Origin: Candidatus Latescibacterota bacterium
Lineage (GTDB): Bacteria > Latescibacterota > UBA2968 > UBA8231
DNA: 64,000 nt
Direction of reading: 5' to 3'
Assembly (NCBI GenBank): GCA_965243025.1
Contig: CBDETY010000003.1
Span: 6,400,001 to 6,464,000 of the forward strand
Part shown: positions 19,885-29,676 of the stretch, piece by piece
Layout: every line of letters begins with the position of its first letter
How positions within the stretch are numbered: the stretch's first letter is position 1
The notes under the pieces: model-generated
The model's input: only the letters and a program-made list of their open reading frames with translations
Database searches by the model: none
What the model was told of the DNA's origin: nothing
Position numbers and translations under genes: made by a program

Positions 19885-21783
19885 TCAGAAATAGACCTGC
19901 ACGCCCCTGGCTTCCAGGGTTGGAATCTGCCGCTCTCTCGCCTTCTCACTGAGAGGGTTGCCCCTTACAGTCACCCAATTCCCACTGCCGAAATCCGTGT
20001 TGGCCACCAGGGCGGACAGATCCTCGATCTGGTTGTCATCCAGCCGTACGCCTTCCAGGCCGGGCAGCGACGCCAGGGGATCGATATCCGTAATCCGGTT
20101 TCCTTCCAGTTTCAGGTAGATCAGTTCGGTCATTTTCCCCAGGGGGCTCAGATCGGCTATCCGGTTGTTGGACAGGGACAGGTCTGCCAGGGCAGTCAAT
20201 CCGGCGAGTGGGCCAATTTCCACGATTTCGTTGTCCGCGAGATTCAATACTCTCATGAGAGTCAGGTTGGCCAGGGGGTCCAGGTCGGCTATTCCGTTAG
20301 CGGACAAATGGAGAAACCGCAGGTTGCTCATTCGGGTCAGTATGCTGAGATCGGTCAACCCCGTGGCCTCCAGGAGCAGACGTTCCAGACCGGTCAGTCC
20401 GGCCAGCGGGGACCAATCCTCTATCCGCCGGTTGTAGGTAAGCCATAGTTCCCTGAGAGCGGTCATTTCAGCCAACGGGCCCAGATCGGCAATTGGATTC
20501 GCCCCTATCAACAACCGTCTCAGGCTGGTCAATCGAGCCAGCGGAGCCGTATCTGCTATCCGGTTGTTGAACAGATTCAGGTCTTCCAATCGGGCCAATC
20601 CGGTCAGTGGGGTCAGATCCGACACCCGGTTGTAGGGCAGCTGCAGGTCTTTCAGGTTGGTCAACTCCCCCAGGGGGCTGACATCGACTATCTGGTTGAC
20701 GGACAGGTTCAGCCTGGCCAGGCTCGTCATCTTCCCCAGGGGCTCGACATCGACTATCCGGTTGTTGGAGAGTTGAAGCTCTCCCAGGGAGGTCAATGCC
20801 ACCAGCGGGCTGACATCGGCAATCTGGTTTCCGGACAGGAACAGCGTCTCCAGGTTGGTCAAATGCACCAGGGGGTTCACGTCGACTATCTCGTTTTCCA
20901 CCACCCACAGGAATTCCAGACCGGTCAGTTGCCAGATCCCGGCCAGACTGTGAATGCCCATCGCCCCGATCACGAGCCTGGTCAGCGAGGCGGCTCTACG
21001 GTGCGAGAAATCGGAGCTCGGCGATCCCCCCAGGGCTTTCGCTACCGCTTCCCGCAGGGCCTGGTCCTCGAAGAGCAGGATATCGAAAGGAAGAAAGAGG
21101 ACCGTCCCTTCCGGCAGGCCCATCCCGCCTTGCAGCAGGCGCACCTGCACGGTCGGCGAGATATCCCCTTGCCGATGGGTATCCTGCAGGTAGGCCACCA
21201 GCTTGCCCAACGAATTCGGCTCCTCCAGCACCACCGCCAGGTTGACGTCGGCACTGAGTTCGAGCCCCACTATCCCGGTTCGCTCCCCCCAGCGCTGGCT
21301 GAGGAAGGTCCCCACGGCCTCCCAACCCGTAAGGCTGGTCTCCTCCGTACCCAATACGGCCTCGGCACTCGAATCGACTCGCCAGTCGATGGGGACCAGG
21401 CCCGGTGGCAGGTCGCCGGGCTCGGCGGCCTTCAGCCTCAGATGCAGGGGGTCACCCGCGGGGCGGGTCCACACCAGGGTCTTCCGGACCACTCCGTCCG
21501 GGTCGGCACAGCGAATTGACACCAGGCTGTCCCGCCGGCCCCGGTATTCGACATGAAGCCCGGGCAGCGGCCTTTCGGCTTCATCGAGCAGGTGCAGCCA
21601 CAGGCCGCGAGGATACTCCGGCGACTCGACCATCACCCGGCCGTCGCCATCGCTTTGCCCCAACGCCCGGCCGCTGCGGTCGACCCCGACGGCATGGAAC
21701 AGTTCGGTCTCCGCCGTCGCCGCCGCAGCCCATGCAGTCGCCAAAGTCAGGAGTACTCTTGCTTGCACCATTACCGGATACAT
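19885..21783 (-). CDS. Secreted internalin-like leucine-rich repeat protein
   Basis: Signal peptide (..VLLTLATAWAAAATA); about 15 LRRs of 22 aa (L..L.L..N.I.D..PL); cap GNPLS...IPTLEARGVQV. Confidence 0.9.
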   Translation of the reverse strand: MYPVMVQARVLLTLATAWAAAATAETELFHAVGVDRSGRALGQSDGDGRVMVESPEYPRGLWLHLLDEAERPLPGLHVEYRGRRDSLVSIRCADPDGVVRKTLVWTRPAGDPLHLRLKAAEPGDLPPGLVPIDWRVDSSAEAVLGTEETSLTGWEAVGTFLSQRWGERTGIVGLELSADVNLAVVLEEPNSLGKLVAYLQDTHRQGDISPTVQVRLLQGGMGLPEGTVLFLPFDILLFEDQALREAVAKALGGSPSSDFSHRRAASLTRLVIGAMGIHSLAGIWQLTGLEFLWVVENEIVDVNPLVHLTNLETLFLSGNQIADVSPLVALTSLGELQLSNNRIVDVEPLGKMTSLARLNLSVNQIVDVSPLGELTNLKDLQLPYNRVSDLTPLTGLARLEDLNLFNNRIADTAPLARLTSLRRLLIGANPIADLGPLAEMTALRELWLTYNRRIEDWSPLAGLTGLERLLLEATGLTDLSILTRMSNLRFLHLSANGIADLDPLANLTLMRVLNLADNEIVEIGPLAGLTALADLSLSNNRIADLSPLGKMTELIYLKLEGNRITDIDPLASLPGLEGVRLDDNQIEDLSALVANTDFGSGNWVTVRGNPLSEKARERQIPTLEARGVQVYF

Positions 21784-21901
21784 GAAGGATCCGCCCGGCA
21801 TGTGGACCCCGGAAATCCGGGGCACCGCGGACCAGAATAGCCGGGGCCGGGGCGCTGCGCGCCAGGATCGGGCAGCAGCTCGGGGGCAGCGGGGAGCGGC
21901 T

Positions 21902-22753
21902 CTACTGAAAATCCTTGCCGGGAATCGTGCCCCAGGGGACCGCTTCCGCATCGCCCTCGTACACCGGCAGGTACGGTTCGGTGATGTGCCGCGTATGTTC
22001 GACCCAGTCAGCCCATTCGGACCTGCTGGTGATGTGATCGCGGATCAACGCCTTGACTTCGCCGGGCATGTCGTCGTAGGCGGGCCAGTACCAGAGAGTG
22101 AGCACTGTGCGCCGCTGGCCGGTTCGGTTGGCGCGGGCGGAATGCAGCAGGCGCGAATCGCCGATGACGACATCGCCGGCGCGAACGGGTACATCGACCT
22201 CACCCTCGACCTGTTGAAAAGCGAGATGATCCATGTCGGTTGCGTTGATCACGTCGTCGTCGTCCCTTGGCCGCATGTCGTGCAGGGGGTGGCGTTTCAG
22301 GTGGGAGCCGGGAATCAGACGCAGGCAGCCGTTGTGCAGGTTCGTGTCGACCAGATAGTACATCAGGAAGTACTGCTGCGGCTGGTTGGTGTAGCTGATC
22401 GGATGGTCCCACAACACGCCGTCGTGGTGCCAGTACAACGGCGGGCTTTGCGGAGGCTTGCTGATCACGAAACCGCTCCAGAATCTGGGGGAATCGAATC
22501 CCAGTTCCGCGAGAGCGGCTATCGCGCCGGGATAAATCAGGAGTTCGGTGAAGGTCGGGTGCGGGCAGGTCCAGTAGGGAATCAGGCAGCCCTGCGAGCG
22601 GTGCTGCTCGAAGTGCTCCTCGTCCTGTTGCGCGATCATCCATTCGCTCATGGCGTTCAGTTTCGCCACCATCTCCGGCGCCAGCACGTTCTCGAAGACG
22701 CAGAAGCCGTCGCGCATGAGTTGATCGCGTTTCTCCCTGGCGGCGATCGGCAT
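21902..22753 (-). CDS. PhyH-family dioxygenase
   Basis: RDGFCVFENVL, WHHD, NGCLRLIPGSH, AGDVVIGDSRLLHSA, RRTVLTLWY. Confidence 0.92.
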   Translation of the reverse strand: MPIAAREKRDQLMRDGFCVFENVLAPEMVAKLNAMSEWMIAQQDEEHFEQHRSQGCLIPYWTCPHPTFTELLIYPGAIAALAELGFDSPRFWSGFVISKPPQSPPLYWHHDGVLWDHPISYTNQPQQYFLMYYLVDTNLHNGCLRLIPGSHLKRHPLHDMRPRDDDDVINATDMDHLAFQQVEGEVDVPVRAGDVVIGDSRLLHSARANRTGQRRTVLTLWYWPAYDDMPGEVKALIRDHITSRSEWADWVEHTRHITEPYLPVYEGDAEAVPWGTIPGKDFQ

Positions 22754-22778
22754 GGGCTCCTTTCCGGTCAGCAGGTTC

Positions 22779-23516
22779 TCACGCCCTCCCGCCCGTCAGA
22801 ATCGACACCACCTGCGGGACGGCCTCTTCCACGCTTTCATCGAACTCGTCCCCTTCCACGGGCGCGGCGTGCGCGCCCAGTTCGATGTTCCTGTAGCCGG
22901 CAACGCCGTCGAAGGTACTCGACCAGGCGCCGGCACCGCCGGGCCTGATTCCGGCTTCCAGCTCCTTCCGGGGATACTCCCACCGCAGGTCCCTGCCGCC
23001 GTAGCGGACCCGGTCCCCCTCCGTCACGCCGCTCATCCTCATCCTGCGGTGCACCCCGAAGTGGATCAGCCTGCGATGCACTGCGTCGGACTGCGGGCCG
23101 GAGTCCTCCCAGCCCTCGACCAGGAAGTTCCCCGTTGCGTGCGACAGGCTGAACCCGTCGCCGTCGCGTGCGACCATCGGGACCCTTCCCGCGGCGGTGA
23201 TGTAGGCGGTCGGTACGCCTCTCAACTCGAACTCGAGCATGTCGTGCAAACTGCACGAACTGGCCCCGCATCAGTCGACGACCCCCATTACAAGCCCGTC
23301 GCACCGGGGAACGATCTCCTCGAGAAGCTTCTTCGAGCAGACGCGGTAGGGAGACGTCTTTTTCCACGGTCCGGCCACACTCGCGCCGTGCTCTGCCGCG
23401 AGCCGCTCCCCGACCGCTTCGAGGACGGCTCCCGCGGTGCGCTTTCCCGGGTCCAGAAGTCCGATCCTGGCACCGTTCAGGCGGGTCAGCCGGGATGCGG
23501 GTTCGATTCCTGGCAC
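22779..23516 (-). CDS. UGSC-family putative selenoprotein (UGA at 23271-23273 read as Sec; motif D-U-C-G-A-S-S-C-S-L-H-D)
   Basis: AAGGAG RBS + GTG 23516; ORFs 23271..23624 and 22779..23249 are in one frame separated only by TGA; family motifs ARIGLLD.GK, DGLVMGVVD*, SCSLHD..EFE.RGVPT flank it; SECIS-like hairpin follows. Confidence 0.82.
23241..23260 (-). promoter_or_regulatory. Putative bacterial SECIS element
   Basis: After UGA: G-(U bulge)-UCGUGCA-GUU-UGCACGA-C, a perfect 7-bp stem with a G-starting loop 19 nt after the UGA. Confidence 0.72.
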
Positions 23517-23536
23517 AGGTATGCTCCTTTCTGCTT

Positions 23537-23950
23537 TTACTCGGCTGTTCCCTCTCGGGTATCGTCCGAATTGTCGGCGTTTTCTTCGCGTTCTATGACT
23601 AAAGTATTGGATGGCTTGTAGCATGTCAGAAGGTACGAAACTTCATTTGGTTCATTCAGCCGAAAGGATTGCATGTCGTCATTACCGGAATCAGTAATAA
23701 TTTTGGACAAGGATTCTCCTTTTTGGTGCAATACAACCATCGCCCCAAGGCAGTCGGAGTATCCGACTTTCCTGATTCTCCTGAATACCGGAAGGTCGAC
23801 CTCGTCGTTGCGGCGAGTTTTTATCATCGTCGAATCACTTGAAACTTCATGACGAATATAACGAGCGGTTACTGCAGCTTCCTCGTGGTCATCATTCGAT
23901 GAGCAACCGGAAGAAATCACGGCAACCACGCACAGTAATTTCCATGACAT
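23537..23950 (-). CDS. Hypothetical lipoprotein, lower GC
   Basis: MSWKLLCVVAVISSGC lipobox-like; AAGGAG RBS; visibly more AT-rich than flanks. Confidence 0.7.
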   Translation of the reverse strand: MSWKLLCVVAVISSGCSSNDDHEEAAVTARYIRHEVSSDSTMIKTRRNDEVDLPVFRRIRKVGYSDCLGAMVVLHQKGESLSKIITDSGNDDMQSFRLNEPNEVSYLLTCYKPSNTLVIEREENADNSDDTREGTAE

Positions 23951-24317
23951 TTATATCTTCTCCTTATGGGACTGGTTTAATCAGAGAAGCATACTTCTTC
24001 TACAAAGGGACGCGAGAGTACCGATCCCGTCCTCCCGCCAATCCCGATTCTAACGGGGACAGCAATCCCCTGTCAACACCCTGCTTCGGGAGCCGGGCCT
24101 CGCCCTGGGTGTCAGTGAGGCAATTGTTGCATGGTTTTCAATCCTGGTATTTTTCGTGAGATTACCGGAGAATCAAAGGACGCAGGCTTCCGCAGGGGGA
24201 GCAACGCTTCGCTGGAGCAAGGGGCGCCAGGCGGCCGCCAGCGAAGGCGGTTTCGAGGGTATCCAGCGCCAGGCAGGGGTTTACTGAGACGATGGCAGTC
24301 CTTCCGGAAGAGTCGCG

Positions 24318-26453
24318 ATGAACCGGGTACCGATGCCCGTCACGACGATCTCCGCAGCGGCGCTCGGGTGCCTGGTCCAGATCGATGCGGCCGCCGCGGA
24401 AGTCGAGCGATGGCAGTTCGGCGGCGACGCCGGCCACCCCTGGGTTGAGTTCACCGATTCGGCGGCGAACGTCCTGATGGACGATTTCACGGTCCCGGGC
24501 GCCCTTCAGCCTCGCGAACTCGACCCCGAGGCGAACTTCCTTACCCGGCTGGGACCCTGGCACGGCGTCAAGTTCCCCAAAAGCGTCCGTTACCGGGACG
24601 GTCAGCCTCGCATCTGGCGGGGAGTCAACCCGTTGGGGAACCCTTCGTTTTTTCCGCTGAAGTACGTCGACGGCGATCCCGGAACCGCCGACGTATTCAA
24701 CGAGGTGATCAGGGTCACCCAGGAGTATTACACCCTGGATCTGGGCGGGCGCATCCCTGCCGAGCGCTTCCGTTTCTATCCGCCCGACGGCATCGATCAC
24801 GTAAGCGACCAGCCTTACCGCCCGTATTACAACCCCTCCGGGTTCGAACTGTCAGCGGGAAACGACGCCGAGTGGGTGGCGGAAGAAGGGGTCCACCTCC
24901 TGCAGAAGCAGTACGCCTGGGCAGTACCCGACATCGAGTACGAACCCCTGGAGGAAGTGCTGTTCACTACGCGGCAGCACTACGAGCCTTCCGGCGTCAT
25001 CGGCATCGATTTTCCGCTGCAGTTCTACCGCTTCTTCCGCCTGCGGGCGTTTCCCGATTCCTGGGACGACTGCGTGGTAGCGAATCCGGCGGTGGTCCGG
25101 ACCGCGGAGTGCTGCGCCGAGAGCATGGGTCCCGGCTGGCGCGACTTCCCCTGTTTCATCCGTTTGGCGTGGGCGGAGATGGAGATCTACGGCCGCGGTT
25201 TCGTGCCCGAGGCGTCCTGGGAATCCCGGGTGGTCGATCTGGGAAGCGAGTTCAACTTCGGCCGGGTCGTGTTTCACGCCAGCAGGTGGCGCCGCGACGG
25301 CGGGCAGCTGGTTCCGGCTCCGGAGGCTGCGGCCCGGGTCGAGATCGCCCTGCGCACCGGTGTCGACGACGACCCGACGGCCTGGTTCGGGTTCGACAAA
25401 CGGGGCGGACACGTACAGGTAACGGCCGAGGAGTACGAATCACTGAGGGTGAACAGACCCGAGGTCGACCCCGAGCTGGTCGGTTGGCGGGGTCCGGTCA
25501 CCCACGACCACGAAAACTGGAGCTTCTGGTCGGCGCCGATGGCGGAATCCGGTTCGCGCCCGCGGGTACGCGCCGGCCGGTTCTTCCAGGTGCGGGTCAG
25601 GCTGCAGACCGACGAACTGTGGGCGTTCGCGCGGCTGGACTCGCTGGCGGTGGAGATCTCGCCCCTGCTGGCCGACCGGATCGTCGCCGAGATCGCCGAT
25701 ACCGGCGATCTGCGCCCGGCGGGCAACCTGACCCGGGTGCGAGCCGGGGAGATGACGGAATTCGTCTACGACGTCCGCGCCGAGTTTGCCGGTGAGGGCA
25801 AGGCCGGCTTCGATGCGGTGCGCCTCATGACTCCATCGCATGCCGGGTTCCGCAGCCTCGAGATGGGCGCTCCCCTGCAGGAGGTCGCCCCCGACGAGGT
25901 CATCGAAGAGGCTGCGGGATTCACCCTGTATTTGCCGCGGCCGGTCGGGGACGGGGAGCCGCCTTTGAGGATCCGCTTCGAGAGCGCCCTGTACGGGGCG
26001 TCGGGTACGTTCGCGGGCGAGGTTTTCCAGCGGGCCGGCGAGCAGTTGCCGCAGGCCATCGAGGCCGGCGACGTCAGCGACGAGATAGGAACGAACCGCC
26101 TGCAGGTCGTGGCGATTCCGTCGTCGCTCACCGAGGTCCTGGGCGCGGTCGAAATCGAGCCGCCGGTCTTCACGCCGCAGGGGGACGGGATCAACGAAAG
26201 GGTGCGGATCGGCTACACCATGCTGCGCGTCCAGGCCGGAACGCGCGTCGAGATCGGCATCTTCGCCCTGTCCGGTGAACGCCTCTGGTCCACGCGCTCC
26301 GACACGCAGGGGGCCGGCGGTCATGTCCTGTGGTGGGACGGACGCGACGACCAGGACGGGCTGGTGCCACCCGGGCTCTACCTGGCGCGGGTGAAAGTGA
26401 CGACGAGCGAAGGGGATTCAGAGCGGCTCCAGCGGCTGGCGGTCGTCTACTGA
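24318..26453 (+). CDS. Secreted protein with C-terminal FlgD Ig-like domain
   Basis: Signal peptide; C-terminal FTPQGDGINE...IFALSGE...WDGRDDQDGLVPPGLYLARV. Confidence 0.85.
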   Translation: MNRVPMPVTTISAAALGCLVQIDAAAAEVERWQFGGDAGHPWVEFTDSAANVLMDDFTVPGALQPRELDPEANFLTRLGPWHGVKFPKSVRYRDGQPRIWRGVNPLGNPSFFPLKYVDGDPGTADVFNEVIRVTQEYYTLDLGGRIPAERFRFYPPDGIDHVSDQPYRPYYNPSGFELSAGNDAEWVAEEGVHLLQKQYAWAVPDIEYEPLEEVLFTTRQHYEPSGVIGIDFPLQFYRFFRLRAFPDSWDDCVVANPAVVRTAECCAESMGPGWRDFPCFIRLAWAEMEIYGRGFVPEASWESRVVDLGSEFNFGRVVFHASRWRRDGGQLVPAPEAAARVEIALRTGVDDDPTAWFGFDKRGGHVQVTAEEYESLRVNRPEVDPELVGWRGPVTHDHENWSFWSAPMAESGSRPRVRAGRFFQVRVRLQTDELWAFARLDSLAVEISPLLADRIVAEIADTGDLRPAGNLTRVRAGEMTEFVYDVRAEFAGEGKAGFDAVRLMTPSHAGFRSLEMGAPLQEVAPDEVIEEAAGFTLYLPRPVGDGEPPLRIRFESALYGASGTFAGEVFQRAGEQLPQAIEAGDVSDEIGTNRLQVVAIPSSLTEVLGAVEIEPPVFTPQGDGINERVRIGYTMLRVQAGTRVEIGIFALSGERLWSTRSDTQGAGGHVLWWDGRDDQDGLVPPGLYLARVKVTTSEGDSERLQRLAVVY

Positions 26454-26568
26454 GCGGGGGCGGCCCGGCCCGGAGCGCACGCCGGCCTCGCTCCTCGCCA
26501 TCCCGACATCCCCGATTCACCACGCTCCCGGTGCGAGCAGTCGATCTTGCCAACGGCGGCGGAGAGAG

Positions 26569-28214
26569 TCACCGCCATTCGTCGACGGACGCGGTGGCCG
26601 CGTGGGGGGCGCCGAAGATGCGCCAGTACCCGTTGGTTTCGCCTCCGACGACGACGACCTGGATCTGGTCCTTCGGCCAGATGCGGATGAGCTCCTCCTC
26701 TTCCGCTTCCAGCATCGCCGCCCAGGGCTCCTCGCCGACGAGCGCCCTCGGCTCGACGTAGTTCTCGATCAGCTGGTAATCCCAGTAGACCCCGGCGCGC
26801 ATGGTGCCGTTCTCGTGGACCCAGTCGACGAGCTGTTCGACGGTGTGGAAACCGCCGCGGTCGACGAACTGGCGGGCGGTGATCGGGTCGAGGACGAAAG
26901 TGGGCGCCTCGTGCGGGTCCATGCCCCGCAGCATCTGGATGACGTGAGTCTGCCAGTGCTTTTCGCGCAGCCCGAGAGTGAAGGCGGTGGAGCGGCAGCC
27001 CGGGAAAACGCTGACGGTGCTGTCTCCTTTGGCGAAGCCCTTCCGGACGTGGAAGGGATCCCACGGACTGCGCTCTTCGTTCTCGGCGTAGCAGATGCTG
27101 CTGAAGGCGTAGCCGTTGCCCTGCGAGCCGAGGTAGGTGTGCAGCGGCAGCGAACCACCCTGGCCGTTCTGGGACAGCAGGCCGTAGGCGCGCCCGATGG
27201 TGGCGTTGGCGTGGTTGTAGGGTCCCATGGCGCCGACGCCGGAGTTCATGCCGATCTCTTCGCGGAAGGGCCCGTTGACGACCGCCATGGCCGCGGCCGA
27301 GCTGGTCGTGCTCGGGCGCGCCGTGACCTGCGTCGATGCCAGCGCGAGAATGGCGGGAAAGTATTCCGGCCGCGCCCCGGCCATGACGGCGTTGACGGCG
27401 ACCTTCTCCACCGTGTACTCCCAGGCCTCGCGCGGGCCCGTGGGCCGCATCTGTCCGACTGTTTCATCCGGGTCCCGGCTCGTGCCCCTGAGCATCGCCT
27501 CGACGCGGGCCTCGGTCGGCAGCACGATCGGCAGCTTGTCGGTCCAGTTCTCGCGCAGGAAGAGCTCGTGGAGGTTGTCCTCCGAGTCCGGCTCGCACAG
27601 CCGCGGGGTGGAGCGGTCGAAGCTGACGACCTCCGTCTCCCCGGCGCTGAGCGGGCGGGTCAGGGCCTCCATCACCTCGGTCATGAACGGACGCCCGGTG
27701 ACGGGATCGGCGCCGTCGACGTAAGCCCGCAGCTCGGCCGGCGACTTGCCCATCACCGGCTGGGGGACGAAGACGAACCGCTGCTTCGGCATGCCCCGCG
27801 CCAGGCCTGGGCCCGCGCCAGGGGTTCGAAGATGTCGGTCTGGACGGAGGCTGTCGGCACTCCGTACTCGGTTTCAACTGTGATGCACTGGTCGGCGACC
27901 GCCGGCGCGCACGTGCTTCAGTGGCCGACGCCGATGACGGCGGCATCTCCCTGCTGTCTGATCTCCTCGTAGAGCGCCTCGTCGCGGGTGGTGTAGACGT
28001 TCGACTTGCGGCGCACCTCCACGTTGATCCCCGGGCGGTGCTCGCCGAACCAGTTACCCATCTGGCGCATGAGGATGTCGCCGTCGTCGAAACGGCAGTC
28101 GACGAGGTAGACGGTGCGGCCTTCGAGCGAATCGGGACGAGGGGCCATGCCCAGTTGCTCCCTCTTCGGCGGGTGCCCCATCGGGTTGAGGACGGTGATC
28201 CTGTTGTCGCCCAT
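26569..28214 (-). CDS. UGSC-family putative selenoprotein (U-S-T-C) fused to a ~370 aa WTDxLPIVxPT domain; one -1 frameshift near 27805
   Basis: 27918..28214 ends ..AAVIGVGH-TGA and continues in frame STCAPAVADQCITVETEYGVPT..FEPLARAQA; restoring one C gives LARGMPKQRFVFVPQPV, joining ORF 26569..27792. Confidence 0.8.
27885..27916 (-). promoter_or_regulatory. Putative bacterial SECIS element
   Basis: After UGA: lower stem GCAC/GUGC and upper stem CGGC-GGUC-GCCG; GGUC loop 17 nt after the UGA, like the E. coli fdhF SECIS loop. Confidence 0.68.
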
Positions 28215-28349
28215 CGGTCTTTCTCCTTAAGTAGTGTGAATTGACTTGGGATTAAGGAAGATCCGCAGGTGCCGCAAAGCGGTGCGGTCGTGGCGCCGGG
28301 TTTCCAGGCGGCCTTTGATGAAGTAGCCTCTCGTCGTGGCCCAGTTGAT

Positions 28350-28442
28350 GTGCCGGCACCGGAGATGGTAGAGAAGTTGAACGCCATGAGCGAATGGATG
28401 ATCGCGCAGCAGGAGGAGGAACACTTCGAGCAGCACCGTTCA
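28350..28442 (+). pseudogene. 93-bp fragment of a PhyH dioxygenase gene, inverted relative to 22595-22687
   Basis: VPAPEMVEKLNAMSEWMIAQQEEEHFEQHRS vs VLAPEMVAKLNAMSEWMIAQQDEEHFEQHRS; most differences at third codon positions. Confidence 0.85.
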
Positions 28443-28581
28443 CCTGGGGCATATGCCCCGGCGGGGATCTGAAGTAGAATCCCTTCGGACGGCGCCTGAA
28501 GATGACCCGCTGCAGAAACAGTGTGACAAGGTCGGCCCTGGTTTCCCCGCGGCCCGTCTGCCCGCGCGCCCACCTGAGAAT

Positions 28582-29562
28582 ATGACCGACGCGCCAGCAC
28601 CCCTGCGGTGGAGGGTTCCCTCGACAGACCCGGTCGTCGCTCCGGGGTTCGGCGGAGCCGTCGATGCCCGCCGCGCCTCGAGTCCGCACGTGCTGCGCTT
28701 CGGCGGCGACTACCACATGTACTACTGGGGCACCGGCGAGGACGGCTTCAACCGCATCTGTCTGGCAGTCGCCCGGGTGGAGGCTCCGCATGAGTGGCGC
28801 TTCGCCGGAACGGTGCTGGAGCGCCAGGCCGGAACCGCCTGCAACGCCGTGGGGCCGAGCTTTCCGTTCGTGGTGCCGCGCGCCGACGGAGCGTGGCTGA
28901 TGTACTACGTTGCCTGGGGTGTGCCCAGGGACGACGGAAAGCTGGCCAACACGACCGGTCTGGCTCTCAGCGACGACCGCGGCCGTACGTGGCGGCACGC
29001 CGGCGACTCGCCGGTGCTGGCGCTGGACCGCCCCTGGGACCACGAGGGCACCGGCAGCGTCTGCGTGCTCGCCGAGGGCGGCGTCTTCCGCATGTACTAC
29101 ACGGCGCTGGGCGACTACTCGCCCAGACCGGCGGGCGTGCGCACCCGTCATGGAGACCTGCTTCCGCACATCGGGGTGGGCTACGCCGAATCGACCGACG
29201 GCATCCGCTGGACCAAGCCCCTGGACCGCCTGATGGTGAGCCCCCGCGGGTTCGCCGTCGAGCCGTTCGAGTACATCGTTTCCAAGCCGTTCGCGCTGCG
29301 CCGCGGCGGCCGCTGGACCCTGTGGGTCAACACCTTCGGCACGGCGTACCGCGTGCGCAGCCTGATCAGCTGCGATGGCCTGAACTGGACCTGGACCGCC
29401 TCGGGACCCGACGGCGACATGGGCGTCGGGCCCGCCGGCAGCTTCGACGATCACCAGCGCTCGTACGCGGTGGTGGTCCCGCACGACGGCGGGCTGCGCT
29501 GCTGGTACACCGGCAACGGCTTCGGGCAGACCGGCATCGGCTACGCCTGTCAGGGACCCTGA
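28582..29562 (+). CDS. Five-bladed beta-propeller glycosidase-like protein (GH32/43/130 clan)
   Basis: Repeated blades: P.V......MYY.G, LALSDDRGRTW, GYAESTDGIRWTK, SCDGLNWT, WYTGNGFGQTGIGYA. Confidence 0.8.
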   Translation: MTDAPAPLRWRVPSTDPVVAPGFGGAVDARRASSPHVLRFGGDYHMYYWGTGEDGFNRICLAVARVEAPHEWRFAGTVLERQAGTACNAVGPSFPFVVPRADGAWLMYYVAWGVPRDDGKLANTTGLALSDDRGRTWRHAGDSPVLALDRPWDHEGTGSVCVLAEGGVFRMYYTALGDYSPRPAGVRTRHGDLLPHIGVGYAESTDGIRWTKPLDRLMVSPRGFAVEPFEYIVSKPFALRRGGRWTLWVNTFGTAYRVRSLISCDGLNWTWTASGPDGDMGVGPAGSFDDHQRSYAVVVPHDGGLRCWYTGNGFGQTGIGYACQGP

Positions 29563-29676
29563 CGGACCTTCGTGCACGTTCACGACGAACCGCAATGAAC
29601 CGATACCGGTGCCCTGTTTTCCCGGTTCAACCGCAACCGCGGAGACGGGGGAGGAGCCGGGGGCCTGGACACTACC

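Noticed and set aside
23960-24317. Possible riboswitch/ncRNA in the long intergenic region before the FlgD protein
   Set aside because: Only short hairpins seen; no recognisable conserved aptamer motif. An Rfam/Infernal scan would be needed.
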